64,000 nt of DNA from Botryllus schlosseri (taxonomy: Eukaryota), in contig CM119372.1 of NCBI GenBank assembly GCA_051294905.1, positions 14,758,001-14,822,000 of the forward strand. The letters run 5' to 3'. The notes below the pieces were generated by a model. That model saw nothing but the letters and a program-made list of their open reading frames with translations. It did no database searches and had not been told where the DNA came from. Numbering within the stretch: the first letter of the stretch is position 1; every line of letters begins with the position of its first letter. The position numbers and the translations under genes were made by a program. Of the stretch, positions 62,653 to 64,000 are shown one piece after another.

Positions 62653-63429
62653 AACTACTCGCGGTTATAGCGATTTATTCTAGTAATTGTTGCCCAGAAA
62701 AGCGGTCAGGATTGGCTTTTAGTCGATTTCAAGTTCTTAGTTTAACATATTCCGATCGCTTTTTTCCGACCTCCCTGCTTATTATCCATACGCCTGAATC
62801 TGCATAAAATGGCAGTTTGTAATTATCAAACATTTTCAGACTCAACTAAACATTTAAAATTAAGACTTTCCAGGTGATACTCGGCTTATAGCAATTTTGT
62901 ACCCGGGATAACGGCGGGATTAACTGTGTACGCGTTATGCAGTCCGTAACCTCGAAAATTATCTGTTGCGTGCTTCAAATTCAATTAGTATACCCCCGTC
63001 GCGTCGGGCAACAATACAAAAGAAGCACGTTTTAGAGCTTCAGTTGAGAGCACCAGTGTACCTTTTTCTGTAGTCGCGCGTCAAGAAATTCATATAGAGG
63101 ATTACATTTTATCTATAGTATTGGTAATTTCATACATTGCAATTAATTTTACCCTCTCTCAGTCTTGGTGGGTCGTGGAGCGGTAATGGCCGGAACCGAT
63201 TTTTTAAATATGCGTATTTTTGCTTGGGCACGGAGGTTATAACCATAGTAATAGATAATAAATTTCATTGAATCGCGCGAGGCGCGAAGAAAATCCTGAA
63301 ATATCAATCTCCCACAAAATACACTATAATTTATGCGGCAGTGCAGCAGTTACGGCCCTAATCATTACATAACCATTTGATGCATGATTACGACATTATG
63401 CTGTGTCTGCTAAAAATGCATGCATGCAA

Positions 63430-64000
63430 CTGTGTTGGGATGACTCGAGTCATGACTTGACTCGAGTCAGACTCGAGTCACTTTTTCGTATGACTTGACT
63501 TCACTCGAGTCACTTTGCTAAAATGACTTGACTTGACTTGACTCGGCGTATCAGAAATATGGATTGACTCGTGACTCGGAGCAAAATTCACGAGTCAATT
63601 TCAAGTCATCAAGTAATCGGTGTCGATAAAATCACTGTATCTTGCGCATGCTCGGATTGTTCGCGAAACGCTGGTGTAACCCGTGAGAGCGACCAATCAT
63701 TCAATGATCGTGCGTTTTACTGAGCCGCCATTGTTCCATCACAAATATATTGATCGCAAACGAAGTGATCGTAGCTTACAGCCTACGTTGACGTAAACTA
63801 TAGTATGGTTAAGTAATTTAATAGCAAAAGGTATATTTCTGTTCTGTGTTCTTAACCTAACCAAACCTCTTGTTTTCTTGTTTAATTGAAATTGAATTCG
63901 AAAATAGTTTATATAGTCCTTAACCACAGCAGGCTCGAATTGTATCATATCAATTTGCAAAAGGGTGATGTATTGCATCTTATCAATTCGTTTCTCTGTT
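63430..64000. mobile_element. Inverted copy of the 46269-47655 MITE family, truncated by the window end
   Basis: GTGTTGGGATGACTCGAGTCATGACTTGACTCGAGTCAGACTCGAGTCA is the reverse complement of ~47605-47653. Confidence 0.85.

Overview
Eukaryotic, intron-rich and transposon-dense genomic DNA, probably from an invertebrate; the taxon cannot be fixed from the sequence alone. It holds two spliced host genes. The first is an ABCB1/P-glycoprotein-like full ABC transporter on + (exons traced 3062 to ~40015-40133, 5' part not found). It carries an apparent 2-bp frameshift at ~25131 and a variant NBD2 signature. The second is an UNC93-like MFS transporter on - (62652 to at least 53118). The standout feature lies in a 19.2-kb ABCB intron: a 13,893-bp giant palindrome (4486-18378) made of two ~6.73-kb almost identical inverted arms around a 442-bp spacer. 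It has Polinton/Maverick-type ends (5'-AGTAGT...ACTACT-3') and a perfect 6-bp target-site duplication (GACGAC). There is no intact gene inside, only what look like heavily decayed protein-primed DNA polymerase B and EEP-nuclease relics. I infer a non-autonomous, snap-back (defective-genome-like) Polinton that inserted recently. The same intron holds an intact Buster/SPIN-type hAT transposon (18897-21371) and a decayed Chapaev3-like element (21783-23397). The rest of the window contains many nested hAT-type MITEs, a 28S rRNA fragment and a tRNA-derived SINE-like sequence.
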